A program made the translations under genes and the position numbers. A stretch of DNA of 53,514 bases from Candidatus Saccharimonadales bacterium. Lineage in GTDB: Bacteria > Patescibacteriota > Saccharimonadia > Saccharimonadales > DASWIF01. Positions 27,496-36,126 of the stretch are shown here, piece by piece; the stretch's first letter is position 1; the number at the start of each line of letters is the position of its first letter. The stretch is from contig DASWIF010000043.1 of assembly GCA_036397795.1 (NCBI GenBank), positions 1-53,514 on the forward strand, in the 5' to 3' direction. Below the pieces are notes generated by a model. The model was not told the origin of the DNA and did no database searches. It worked only from the letters and a program-made list of their open reading frames with translations.

Positions 27496-27940
27496 AAAAC
27501 CAAGAAGAACTTGGCATTTATTGATTGGCCTAGCGCTAGTCTTAGCGGGCGGTTATATTATCTATAATCAATTGAAACCAATCGGATCCAATCTTAGAAT
27601 TGAGGATAGTATTATCAGGCTGGATGTGGCCGATGAGCCGGAGGAAATTATCCAGGGGCTGAGTGGCCGAGAGTCTTTGCTCGGTGATGAGGGTATGTTA
27701 TTTATCTTTGAACAACCAAACATTCCTCAGTTTTGGATGAAAGATATGCTCATCCCGATTGATTTCGTTTGGATTAGCGAAGATATGAAGATTGTGGCGA
27801 TTACACCTTCTATCGGACCCGATAGCTACCCGATAGTGTTTTCACCTCCGTCAGAGGTTAAATACGTACTAGAAGTCTATGCCGGTGTTAGTGCTGCTAA
27901 CGGCTGGCTTCCTGGTTCTGATGTAGAATTTTCTTTGTAG
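27455..27940 (+). CDS. DUF192 domain protein with N-terminal TM anchor
   Basis: GLSGRESLLGDEGMLFIF....FWMKDMLIPIDFVWI pattern typical of DUF192 (COG1430). Overlaps the rimK 3' end. Confidence 0.6.
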   Translation: MLNVSSKRTRWVRRKPRRTWHLLIGLALVLAGGYIIYNQLKPIGSNLRIEDSIIRLDVADEPEEIIQGLSGRESLLGDEGMLFIFEQPNIPQFWMKDMLIPIDFVWISEDMKIVAITPSIGPDSYPIVFSPPSEVKYVLEVYAGVSAANGWLPGSDVEFSL

Positions 27941-27985
27941 CATTTCCCGTTTACGGCTAAGACGGCAACCCTTATATATTGCATT

Positions 27986-28017
27986 CCATAGGGGCATTCT
28001 ATAGAATGCCCCTATGG
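27986..28017. repeat. 32 bp perfect palindrome (copy 1), overlapping the ATG of the ArsR-like gene
   Basis: CCATAGGGGCATTCTA|TAGAATGCCCCTATGG. The ATG at 28014 lies inside the right arm. Confidence 0.9.
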
Positions 28018-28292
28018 AACAAACTAAACTAACGTCTTATGTGAGGGTATTTAAAGCACTGGCCAACCATCGTCGACTCTCCCTGTTTAACTTCATCGCT
28101 GATTATCCTAATAAATCAGTTATGCAACTGGCAGACGAGTTAGATTTTTCGTATAAAAGTACAGCTCAGCACCTAACTAAACTGGCGAGCGCTGGTTTAA
28201 TCACTAAATCCCCGGTTAATAACCAATCTATTCAATCGGTTTCACCCTTTGGTCAAAAAGTACTAACTAACTTGTCAAAGCTGATTTCGTGA
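28014..28292 (+). CDS. ArsR/SmtB-like winged-helix transcriptional regulator
   Basis: 92 aa. FKALANHRRLSLFNFI....SVMQLADEL..S..STAQHLTKLASAGLI is an ArsR-type HTH. Confidence 0.6.
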   Translation: MEQTKLTSYVRVFKALANHRRLSLFNFIADYPNKSVMQLADELDFSYKSTAQHLTKLASAGLITKSPVNNQSIQSVSPFGQKVLTNLSKLIS

Positions 28293-28296
28293 GATT

Positions 28297-28334
28297 AATT
28301 CATAGGGGCATTCTATAGAATGCCCCTATGAATT
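28297..28334. repeat. 38 bp perfect palindrome (copy 2), 5 nt after the ArsR-like stop
   Basis: AATTCATAGGGGCATTCTA|TAGAATGCCCCTATGAATT. Shares a 30 bp core with copy 1. Confidence 0.9.
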
Positions 28335-28349
28335 CAAACTAAGGACGAC

Positions 28350-28904
28350 TTGGAGTTATCGCTTTTTTTCTCCACCGGTTTGGCATATCATAGGCTGTGC
28401 ATGAGCATTGACGCGGCGATTTTAGCAATAAACGGACTGGTGGTTTTAGTCGCCCTTTACTTAAGAACTAATATCGCACTGGCTACGCTGGCCTTAGGTA
28501 TCGGATTTACACTGGCCGACCTCACAACTGACAGCATCGCGTCCCTACTAGTTAGGTCAGGCATAAGTACATCATGGCCTCTTAACTCAATTGCGGCCAT
28601 TAGCCTAACCATGCTGCCAACTGTCCTAATTCTTTATCGGTTTCGTCGATTTCAACGCGGTCGGTTCTTTGAGCATATCTTTCCGGCAATCTTTATGAGC
28701 CTGTTAGCCACCGTATTGATTATTAGAAATTTGCCTTTCGATTTACAACAGCGACTTGATGATGAGTCCTATGTATTTTCACAGATCGAGTATTTTAGGA
28801 CGTCTATTGTGGTTGGTGCCGCCGTAATTGCAATATTCGACTTGATGGTACACGAGCAAAAGTTAAGGAAAAAAGCCAAGAGGCGTAAGAATCTATCGGA
28901 TTGA
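28350..28904 (+). CDS. polytopic membrane protein, unknown function
   Basis: TTG start (an ATG 17 codons in is also possible). About 5 hydrophobic segments and a basic C-terminal tail. Confidence 0.5.
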   Translation: MELSLFFSTGLAYHRLCMSIDAAILAINGLVVLVALYLRTNIALATLALGIGFTLADLTTDSIASLLVRSGISTSWPLNSIAAISLTMLPTVLILYRFRRFQRGRFFEHIFPAIFMSLLATVLIIRNLPFDLQQRLDDESYVFSQIEYFRTSIVVGAAVIAIFDLMVHEQKLRKKAKRRKNLSD

Positions 28905-28921
28905 ACTTGAGCGACAAAACT

Positions 28922-28939
28922 TGGAGGGCCCACTGGGAC
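28922..28939. repeat. 18 bp direct repeat duplicating the 3' end of tRNA-Lys (att-like scar)
   Basis: TGGAGGGCCCACTGGGAC is identical at 28922-28939 and 29098-29115. The second copy is the acceptor/T-stem 3' end of the tRNA. Confidence 0.8.
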
Positions 28940-29064
28940 GACGCGCCTTCGCGCTATTCCGTCGCTCCAGTGCTCGAATTCAAGAATTCTGTGCCCTTCA
29001 CTCCTTGCTAACCCACTTTTGCTAACGCAAAAGGATGCGCTCGAGCCCAATAGAGTCAACCACG

Positions 29065-29095
29065 AAAAAAGCCAACCTCAAGGATTGGCCTTTTT
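29065..29095. terminator. A-tract / hairpin / T-tract, possible bidirectional terminator just 3' of tRNA-Lys
   Basis: AAAAAA-GCCAACC-tcaa-GGaTTGGC-c-TTTTT. Confidence 0.4.
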
Positions 29096-29097
29096 CG

Positions 29098-29174
29098 TGG
29101 AGGGCCCACTGGGACTCGAACCCAGGACACGCGGCTTAAAAGGCCGCTGCTCTAACCAGCTGAGCTATGGGCCC
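29098..29174 (-). tRNA. tRNA-Lys (anticodon UUU)
   Basis: Minus strand GGGCCCA-TA-GCTC-AGCTGGTTA-GAGC-A-GCGGC-CTTTTAA-GCCGC-GTGTC-CTGGG-TTCGAGT-CCCAG-TGGGCCC-T-CCA. Confidence 0.9.
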
Positions 29175-29404
29175 GCGTCGGAAGTCGCTAGTGTCACTTC
29201 CTGAATTAGTTTACAACAGTGTTCTAAACTTATTCAGTCCGTCGCAGCGCGCTTCCTCCTTTCAATCGCCCAAACGGTCGATATGCTCCTTGGGTTGGCC
29301 GATTGGTTTATTTGCGCAAACTTCAAAAGAACTCTTAAATTATGCCGATTACCCCTGTTTTGTCAACCACGATTAGCGTAGACGCTTTTGTTTATTAGAT
29401 AAGT

Positions 29405-30850
29405 TTGTATAAAAATGTCAATATGAGGCATTATTTTCGACGGACCACAGTTATTCAAATTGGTTTGATTGGGCTGCTTGTGGGTTTATGGTTGGCAAAA
29501 ACGGGATACAGCACGTCTCACAGTTTGCTGCTGTGCAGTTTTATAGCTCTTCCTTTGCTGTTAAGGCTGAAACTTTTAGCGATTATCGCGGCCTTGTTCC
29601 TGGGTCTGAATCTCGGCCTGTGGCGAGGTCAAGCAATTTACGCACGATTAATCCAATATGAGCGTTTCAGGGATCAGAGAGTTACTTTACTAGCCAGGGT
29701 AGATAATGACTCGGTATACAGCGATCGGGGCCAGTTGGAATTTCAAATCAGCCGAATTACCGAATTAAAAAGCCGCACTAAACTACCTGGAACGATCAGA
29801 GTCCGAGGATATCAGGCGCCGAGCGTACAGCGCAATGATATAGTCGAGATAAGCGGAAAATTGAGAGAGGGGTTTGGGAGCCGTCAGGGATTTATTAGCT
29901 TTGCGCAAATTAAGGTAGTGGCACGAAATTATAGTGTGCTGGAGAGCATTAGAGCCAGGTTTTTGGCTGGAGTTTTTAGCACGCTACCGGAGCCTCACGC
30001 TAGCCTGGGGCTAGGATTCTTAGTCGGTACGCGCACATTGCTACCAGAAACTTTGTTGGTGGCCTTAAGCGCTACTGGCCTGACTCATATCGTGGCTGTG
30101 TCGGGCTACAACTTGACAATTTTAGTCAGGCTGACCAGGCGGCTGTTCGCCAAGAAATCAATTTATCTATCAACCATGAGTTCATTTATGTTGATCATGG
30201 GGTTCGTATTAGTAACAGGTTTGAGCCCTTCAATCGCCAGGGCTACAGTTGTTTCCGGGCTAGCCTTGATAGGCTGGTACTATGGCCGAAACATCCAGCC
30301 GACAATTCTATTGCTGAGTGCAGCTGCTATTACTGGTATGCTTAACCCGCTTTATATTTGGTTCGACCTCGGTTGGTATTTAAGTTTTGCGGCCTTTGTC
30401 GGCGTGCTGATACTGGGGCCTTTGATCACCAAACGTTGGTTTAAAAAACGACCCAAACTACTAACTCAAATTCTAATTGAGACGACCAGCGCACAGCTAC
30501 TGACACTGCCGATAATCGCTGTTATATTTGGCGAATTTTCACTCATCAGCCTGCTGGCTAATTTAATTATTTTACCGCTGATTCCGTTGGCTATGATAAC
30601 CACTTTCATTGCCGGTGTGGCGGGGATGGTATTACCAACTTTGGCTGGCTGGGTAGCTTGGCCGGCGACGGTTTTGTTGACCTTTATTGTTGATGTCGTT
30701 CGACTGCTAGCTGGTGTACCGTGGGCGCTTAGGCAGGTTAAGCTTAGTTGGTTTTCACTATGGTTAATTTACTCGGCCATTATCGTTGTAATCATTGGGT
30801 TGAGACGAAACTTAAAACGCCCGCTTGACGCGACGCAAGTGATAGAATAG
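29405..30850 (+). CDS. comEC: ComEC/Rec2 DNA internalisation channel (no C-terminal metallo-beta-lactamase domain)
   Basis: Polytopic protein. GLTHIVAVSGYNLTIL competence-domain motif and an N-terminal OB-like region. Confidence 0.8.
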   Translation: MYKNVNMRHYFRRTTVIQIGLIGLLVGLWLAKTGYSTSHSLLLCSFIALPLLLRLKLLAIIAALFLGLNLGLWRGQAIYARLIQYERFRDQRVTLLARVDNDSVYSDRGQLEFQISRITELKSRTKLPGTIRVRGYQAPSVQRNDIVEISGKLREGFGSRQGFISFAQIKVVARNYSVLESIRARFLAGVFSTLPEPHASLGLGFLVGTRTLLPETLLVALSATGLTHIVAVSGYNLTILVRLTRRLFAKKSIYLSTMSSFMLIMGFVLVTGLSPSIARATVVSGLALIGWYYGRNIQPTILLLSAAAITGMLNPLYIWFDLGWYLSFAAFVGVLILGPLITKRWFKKRPKLLTQILIETTSAQLLTLPIIAVIFGEFSLISLLANLIILPLIPLAMITTFIAGVAGMVLPTLAGWVAWPATVLLTFIVDVVRLLAGVPWALRQVKLSWFSLWLIYSAIIVVIIGLRRNLKRPLDATQVIE

Positions 30851-30857
30851 GCCGGAT

Positions 30858-31586
30858 ATGTCAGGACACAGTAAGTGGGCGACTATTAAGCGACAAAAGG
30901 GCGTCAATGATGCCAAGCGCGGCCAGCTTTTTACGAAGTTAGCCAATAGTATTTCTGTGGCCGCCAAAAACGGTGGTGATCCGAGCATGAACTCGACACT
31001 GGCAATGGCGATAGAAAAGGCCAAGGCCGCCAATGTTCCTAATTCGAACATCGAACGGGCAATTAAACGAGGGACAGGCGAACTAGGCGGTGAGCAAATT
31101 GAAGAGTACTTGTTTGAAGGTTATGGACCCGGCGGGGTGGGCGTGATTGTAGAAGCGGCCAGTGACAACCGAAACCGGACAAGCGCGGAGGTTAGAACGG
31201 CGTTTACTAAAAACGGCGGGAGCCTGGCAGAGACTGGCGCGGTTTCGTTTCAATTTGAACGGAAGGGTGTGATCCGGGTTGCCGCAGATGACACCGAGGA
31301 GAACCTACTCAGACTGATAGAAGCCGGTGCCGATGACGTGGTTGAAGAAGATTTGCTAGCGGTTTACGTCGAAATGAAAAAGTTGGCCGAGGTTCGAAGC
31401 AAAATAGCCGGCGATGGGTTCAAAATTGTCAGCGCTGAGCTGTCGTATGAGCCTAAAAATGTCGTGGAATTAGACGATCAAGCAAAGGCGGTCAAGGTGC
31501 AAAAATTGCTCGAAGCGCTGGAGGATCTGGAAGACGTTACCAATACCTACAGTAACTTTGATTGGGCGGAAGCCGCGAACGAATAA
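30858..31586 (+). CDS. yebC: YebC/PmpR-family DNA-binding regulator
   Basis: MSGHSKWATIKRQKG...NVPNSNIERAIKRG. Confidence 0.9.
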   Translation: MSGHSKWATIKRQKGVNDAKRGQLFTKLANSISVAAKNGGDPSMNSTLAMAIEKAKAANVPNSNIERAIKRGTGELGGEQIEEYLFEGYGPGGVGVIVEAASDNRNRTSAEVRTAFTKNGGSLAETGAVSFQFERKGVIRVAADDTEENLLRLIEAGADDVVEEDLLAVYVEMKKLAEVRSKIAGDGFKIVSAELSYEPKNVVELDDQAKAVKVQKLLEALEDLEDVTNTYSNFDWAEAANE

Positions 31587-31901
31587 ATGATGATTAGACT
31601 TTGGCCTCGTGCCAGATTAATTGTTGCCGCCGCCGTTATCTTGCTAGTTATAACTTATTTAGCCAGCGGCCAATCGCGATCGATCTCATTCGTCGAAGGA
31701 TACCGGACCGACATAAAAGAATACGGCCTACCGTTGGTCGTCTTTAGTGAGGCAAAGAGTCTTGAGCCAAATGGAGATATCATTTTGAGTGACAGCTCGT
31801 TAGAGGTCGAGAACATATTGATTAATTTTATAATTTGGCTGGGAATTAGCGCCGCCGGGTTGTCGATTATTAAGCTATGGCTGGAGTTTATTAGACGGTG
31901 A
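31587..31901 (+). CDS. small two-TM membrane protein
   Basis: 104 aa. Abuts the yebC stop and overlaps the ruvC start by 4 nt. Confidence 0.5.
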   Translation: MMIRLWPRARLIVAAAVILLVITYLASGQSRSISFVEGYRTDIKEYGLPLVVFSEAKSLEPNGDIILSDSSLEVENILINFIIWLGISAAGLSIIKLWLEFIRR

Positions 31902-32365
31902 AAATAATTGGCATTGATCCGGGTACTGGGATAACAGGCTTTGGTGTTATTGAAGCAGGAAAAGACAGTTATCGTTTGATCGACGCCGGCGTGATCAGAA
32001 CGCCAGCAAACAGTCCGCTGCCAGCCCGATTAGATACCATCTTTCAGCATTTGGAGGAAATTATTGCCGAGCACGGGCCGGATGCAATGGCCGTGGAGAA
32101 AATTTTCTTTTCACAAAATGTCACGACTGCAATTTCAGTTAGCCACGCCCGCGGCGTGGTGTTACTAGTCGGTCAAAGAGCCGGGATGCCGATTTCTGAG
32201 TATACGCCTCTGCAAATCAAACAGGCCTTGACTGGCTACGGCCGAGCAGAGAAGTCACAGGTCCAGCAAATGGTAAAAACGATGCTCAAGTTGAAGGAAA
32301 CTCCCAAGCCCGATGACTGTGCTGACGCTATCGCTGCAGCCATTTGCCACGCCATGACCGTCTAG
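31898..32365 (+). CDS. ruvC: Holliday junction resolvase RuvC
   Basis: IIGIDPGTGITGFGVI...MAVEKIFF...DAADAIA-type catalytic residues. Confidence 0.9.
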   Translation: MKIIGIDPGTGITGFGVIEAGKDSYRLIDAGVIRTPANSPLPARLDTIFQHLEEIIAEHGPDAMAVEKIFFSQNVTTAISVSHARGVVLLVGQRAGMPISEYTPLQIKQALTGYGRAEKSQVQQMVKTMLKLKETPKPDDCADAIAAAICHAMTV

Positions 32366-32390
32366 TTACCCGACTGCTATACTTATCCTC

Positions 32391-32954
32391 ATGATCGCCA
32401 GAATAAAAGGTGAGGTAGCGGCCTTAACCCATAACTCAGTTGTGATTGATGTCGGGGGAATCGGCTATGAGGTCTTAGTCCCAGCTCCGCTATTAAGCGA
32501 GCTTAGTCTGGGATCAGAAGTTCAATTGATGACGCATCATCACGTTAGAGAAAACAGCATAGACTTATTCGGCTTTGAGTCAAACGAGTCAAAATACCTA
32601 TTTGAGCTGCTTTTGGGCGTATCTAGCATTGGCCCCAAAAGTGCGCTGAGCATTATGGCCTTAGGGCGCTACGATCAAATCAAACAAGCTATCGCAGCCG
32701 GTAACGCGGCGTTTATCGCCGGCGCAAGCGGAGTTGGTAAAAAATCTGCCGAGAAGGTTTGCGTTGAGCTAAAAGACAAACTAGCAACAACAGCGGAGGG
32801 AGAATTGATCGGTCTGGCCGATACTGGCGACGATGCCCTAACGGCTCTGCTCGCTCTTGGTTATAACCAGCAGCAGGCGGCCCAAGCCCTAGCCAAAGTA
32901 GACCCCAAATTGAGTAACGAGCAGCGCGTCAAACAAGCACTCAGGGGGCTTTGA
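32391..32954 (+). CDS. ruvA: Holliday junction branch migration protein RuvA
   Basis: MIARIKGEV...GIGYEV, HhH motifs IGPKSAL and GVGKKSAEK. Confidence 0.9.
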   Translation: MIARIKGEVAALTHNSVVIDVGGIGYEVLVPAPLLSELSLGSEVQLMTHHHVRENSIDLFGFESNESKYLFELLLGVSSIGPKSALSIMALGRYDQIKQAIAAGNAAFIAGASGVGKKSAEKVCVELKDKLATTAEGELIGLADTGDDALTALLALGYNQQQAAQALAKVDPKLSNEQRVKQALRGL

Positions 32955-32955
32955 A

Positions 32956-33981
32956 ATGAGCATTGATCGTATTATTGCCCCCAGCCAAAACGATGAAAAC
33001 GAGGAACTGGTCGAAGAAACTCTTCGGCCACGGGATTTTAAGAGCTATATTGGCCAGGAGCGCATAAAGAAAAATCTAAAACTGGCCATTACCGCGGCTA
33101 AAAAACGAAACGAACCAGTTGATCACGTATTGTTGCACGGACCACCCGGGCTGGGAAAAACGACCATGGCCCACGTTATCGCCAATGAAATGGGCTCCAG
33201 CATAAGGGTAACGTCCGGCCCGGCAATTGAACGAGCCGGAGATCTAGCTAGTCTGCTAACCAATCTACAAGACGGTGACATTCTGTTTATCGACGAAATT
33301 CATCGTCTTAACCGAACAGTCGAAGAAGTGCTTTATCCGGCCATGGAGGATTTTCAGCTAGATATAATTTTGGGTAAAGGGCCGTCGGCCAAGAGCATGC
33401 GGCTGGACCTGCCCAAGTTTACGGTTATCGGCGCGACTACCAGAACGGGTTCATTAGCGGCTCCGCTAAGGGATAGGTTTGGTCTTATCCACCGACTGGA
33501 TTTTTACACGTCTTTGGAAATCGAAGACATTATTAAACGGGCTGCTAGAATCTTAAAAGTCAAAATAACGGATGAAGCGGCACATGAAATCGCCCTCAGG
33601 TCGAGATTAACACCCAGGATCGCCAACCGCTTGTTGCGGCGGGCCAGGGATTACGCCGATGTTAATGGGGACGGCATGATCGACAAAACCAGCGGCCTTA
33701 AGGCTTTGGAAATGATGGAAATTGATCAAATCGGATTGGACCATAACGACCGCCGGTTAATTGAAGCGATTATCGACAACTATGGCGGCGGGCCGGTGGG
33801 TATTGATACATTGGCGGCCCTGATAGCGGACGAGCGTACCACGATAGAGGATTTTTTTGAGCCGTACCTCATGCAAATCGGGTTCATCGAGCGAACACCC
33901 AGAGGCCGTAAGGTTACGGCCAAGGCTAGGCGGCACGTTAAGCGGCCGCCGGAAGAAGACAAGCAGTCAAGCTTGATATAA
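32956..33981 (+). CDS. ruvB: Holliday junction helicase RuvB
   Basis: [29 protein letters not shown]. Confidence 0.95.
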   Translation: MSIDRIIAPSQNDENEELVEETLRPRDFKSYIGQERIKKNLKLAITAAKKRNEPVDHVLLHGPPGLGKTTMAHVIANEMGSSIRVTSGPAIERAGDLASLLTNLQDGDILFIDEIHRLNRTVEEVLYPAMEDFQLDIILGKGPSAKSMRLDLPKFTVIGATTRTGSLAAPLRDRFGLIHRLDFYTSLEIEDIIKRAARILKVKITDEAAHEIALRSRLTPRIANRLLRRARDYADVNGDGMIDKTSGLKALEMMEIDQIGLDHNDRRLIEAIIDNYGGGPVGIDTLAALIADERTTIEDFFEPYLMQIGFIERTPRGRKVTAKARRHVKRPPEEDKQSSLI

Positions 33982-33990
33982 TATGGCGCC

Positions 33991-34560
33991 ATGAGACCAG
34001 TTCGAGAAAAAAACCTTCATTTATTTGAACACGACCCGGCCGAAAAGTTGATTACTGAAATTCATCGTCACAGTATCGGAGTTTTGCTTTTGCTGTTTAA
34101 TGCGGTTTTTTTGATTCTCTTAGTGCTAGCGCTGCTGTTTTATAGCTTGCGGTATAAAGAAACGTTTACTGATAGTTATGATATCGCCGCCGGTTTTGAT
34201 ATCGGCGTACTGGCGGTTACGATAGCCGTTTTATTGATTATATTAATCATTGCGGGCAGCGCAATCGCGATCTATGTCTATACCAATAACTATATAATTA
34301 TCACTGATCAAAAACTCATTTTAGTCAGCGCTAAAAACCTATTCGCCAGACGAGTATCCCAACTCAGTATTGGCGACGTTCAAGATATTACGGTCGACCA
34401 ATTGTCGCTCCTCTCACGGATTTTTAACTACGGCACGATTAATATTGAGACCGCCGGCGAACAAGCTCACTTTACATTTACTATGGCCGAGGGTCCTCAT
34501 GAGTGCGGCAAGTGCATCGTGGATGCCCACGAGCAAAACCTCAAGCTCTATGGCAACTAA
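33991..34560 (+). CDS. membrane protein with bacterial PH (YdbT/DUF304-like) domain
   Basis: Two TM segments followed by YIIITDQKLILVS...GDVQDITVDQ...GTINIETAG. Confidence 0.5.
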   Translation: MRPVREKNLHLFEHDPAEKLITEIHRHSIGVLLLLFNAVFLILLVLALLFYSLRYKETFTDSYDIAAGFDIGVLAVTIAVLLIILIIAGSAIAIYVYTNNYIIITDQKLILVSAKNLFARRVSQLSIGDVQDITVDQLSLLSRIFNYGTINIETAGEQAHFTFTMAEGPHECGKCIVDAHEQNLKLYGN

Positions 34561-34669
34561 GACTAAGATATAGCTTACCCCAGGCGAGGCCACTGTAAGA
34601 GTGTCCGTGACCCAGCAAAAAAATGTGTTCCGAATAATTTTGTTAAATAAATTAAGGGTTTATTAGAGT

Positions 34670-34957
34670 TTACTCGAAGGGATTAGTCCGGCCCGGCGCG
34701 AAAATCGAATTGACGTCAACCCGTAGATCTCTCAATCTGACAATGGTTTGAACAGCTTGTTGGTCGAACTTAACCTCGTCTATATCGCTCAAGGCTTGCT
34801 GGTAAGCTTGCTCGTCTCTTTCTGGACTCAGCTCGGAATTAACCAATGAAACACTGTAAATGCAGAGTCCGACAACCACCAGCCCGAGCAATGAGTATCG
34901 ATAGTTGCTGAAGAACCTTAGTACCTGTTTTAGTTGTGGTTTAATTTTGTTTAACAT
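34670..34957 (-). CDS. small single-TM protein co-transcribed with pilMNO (PilP-like position)
   Basis: Abuts the pilO-like stop. One TM segment. C-terminal GRTNPFE. Confidence 0.45.
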   Translation of the reverse strand: MLNKIKPQLKQVLRFFSNYRYSLLGLVVVGLCIYSVSLVNSELSPERDEQAYQQALSDIDEVKFDQQAVQTIVRLRDLRVDVNSIFAPGRTNPFE

Positions 34958-35560
34958 TTAAGGCCTCACGTAAACATTAACTTCTAATTGTCCCTGGTAA
35001 CCGACAATGCGAGTACTGTTATTAGTGCCGACAATTTCTTCTTTTATGGGGTTAATTGTCAAATTTGATATTTGAAGTTTACGGCGATTCTTTTCCAAAT
35101 TCGTTAAAAAGTTAAGAAACTTAGCATAAGCATTAGTCTCATACGTTATATTTGCGCTCAGAACAAAAACACCTGAGACACCATCTAAAGGAGTTGTTTG
35201 TGTCAAATTTGGATCGGTTACCTGGCGACCGCTCGGGGTGGTGAAAGTGATTGACCGAAGGACAACGTCAGCTTGATTGCCGATTTTGTAAATCTCACCA
35301 ATAAAGTTTGACTGGACCTTGGTTGGCGGCAACACGTCCTGGGCAATGGACTCGATAAAACCGAGATCCTCGTACTGCACGAGTACGGTTTGGGCTTGTT
35401 GAACTCTTATGTCGATTGCATCTACATCGGCTTTGAGCTGGCTTAAGCTTAAAGCCCGCTTTGCCAACTGGGTTTTGGCGAAATAAAATCCACTTGCCGT
35501 CAGACCTAAGACAACCAACAGAGAAGCAAGTAGAAGAATAAATGATTTTTTTGGGCTCAT
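34958..35560 (-). CDS. pilO: type IV pilus assembly protein, PilO-like
   Basis: N-terminal TM plus coiled coil. Position after pilN. 4 nt overlap with pilN. Confidence 0.55.
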   Translation of the reverse strand: MSPKKSFILLLASLLVVLGLTASGFYFAKTQLAKRALSLSQLKADVDAIDIRVQQAQTVLVQYEDLGFIESIAQDVLPPTKVQSNFIGEIYKIGNQADVVLRSITFTTPSGRQVTDPNLTQTTPLDGVSGVFVLSANITYETNAYAKFLNFLTNLEKNRRKLQISNLTINPIKEEIVGTNNSTRIVGYQGQLEVNVYVRP

Positions 35561-36126
35561 CTTTTTAACTCCTGCTTGGCTCCGGGGGTAAACTTGACAT
35601 CAATTTGGAAGGCATACCTATCCGGGCCGCTGTCGTTTTGAATCAGCGAAATACTGACAATATCAGCCTGCTCAAATAAATCGGTCGTGTTTGCCAGGTT
35701 TTCTCGAAAAACAGTTGGTCCTAACTCGCTGTTGGACTCACCCCGGATGCTTAGATTATTGGCGACTTCATTGGTTAGTTCCAGACTACTAATCGTTGTG
35801 CCCTGGGGTACCACTCCACCAATTGCTGGGAGCAGTTTGGAAAACGATGTCTCTCGCTCTAACAGGGCTGCGATAACGTCAATTCGCTCTGCCAGAGTCT
35901 TAGCTTTTGTCAGCTCTTCAGCGTACTGATCTAGCCCTGATTGTTTATCCTTGACCAAGTCTTTTAATAAACGCTCTTCGCGCGAGGCTAATAGTAAACC
36001 GAAGTAAAGAATGCCGACTAAAACAGTACCCAATATGATGGACAATAAAGTGTAGCGAACCACTCGGACGTTATAACGACCAAATTTGACGTTGGCTTTA
36101 TAGTTTCGAGGAAGCAGATTAATCAT
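35557..36126 (-). CDS. pilN: type IV pilus assembly protein PilN
   Basis: MINLLPRNY start motif, one TM segment, 4 nt overlap with pilM. Confidence 0.7.
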   Translation of the reverse strand: MINLLPRNYKANVKFGRYNVRVVRYTLLSIILGTVLVGILYFGLLLASREERLLKDLVKDKQSGLDQYAEELTKAKTLAERIDVIAALLERETSFSKLLPAIGGVVPQGTTISSLELTNEVANNLSIRGESNSELGPTVFRENLANTTDLFEQADIVSISLIQNDSGPDRYAFQIDVKFTPGAKQELKR

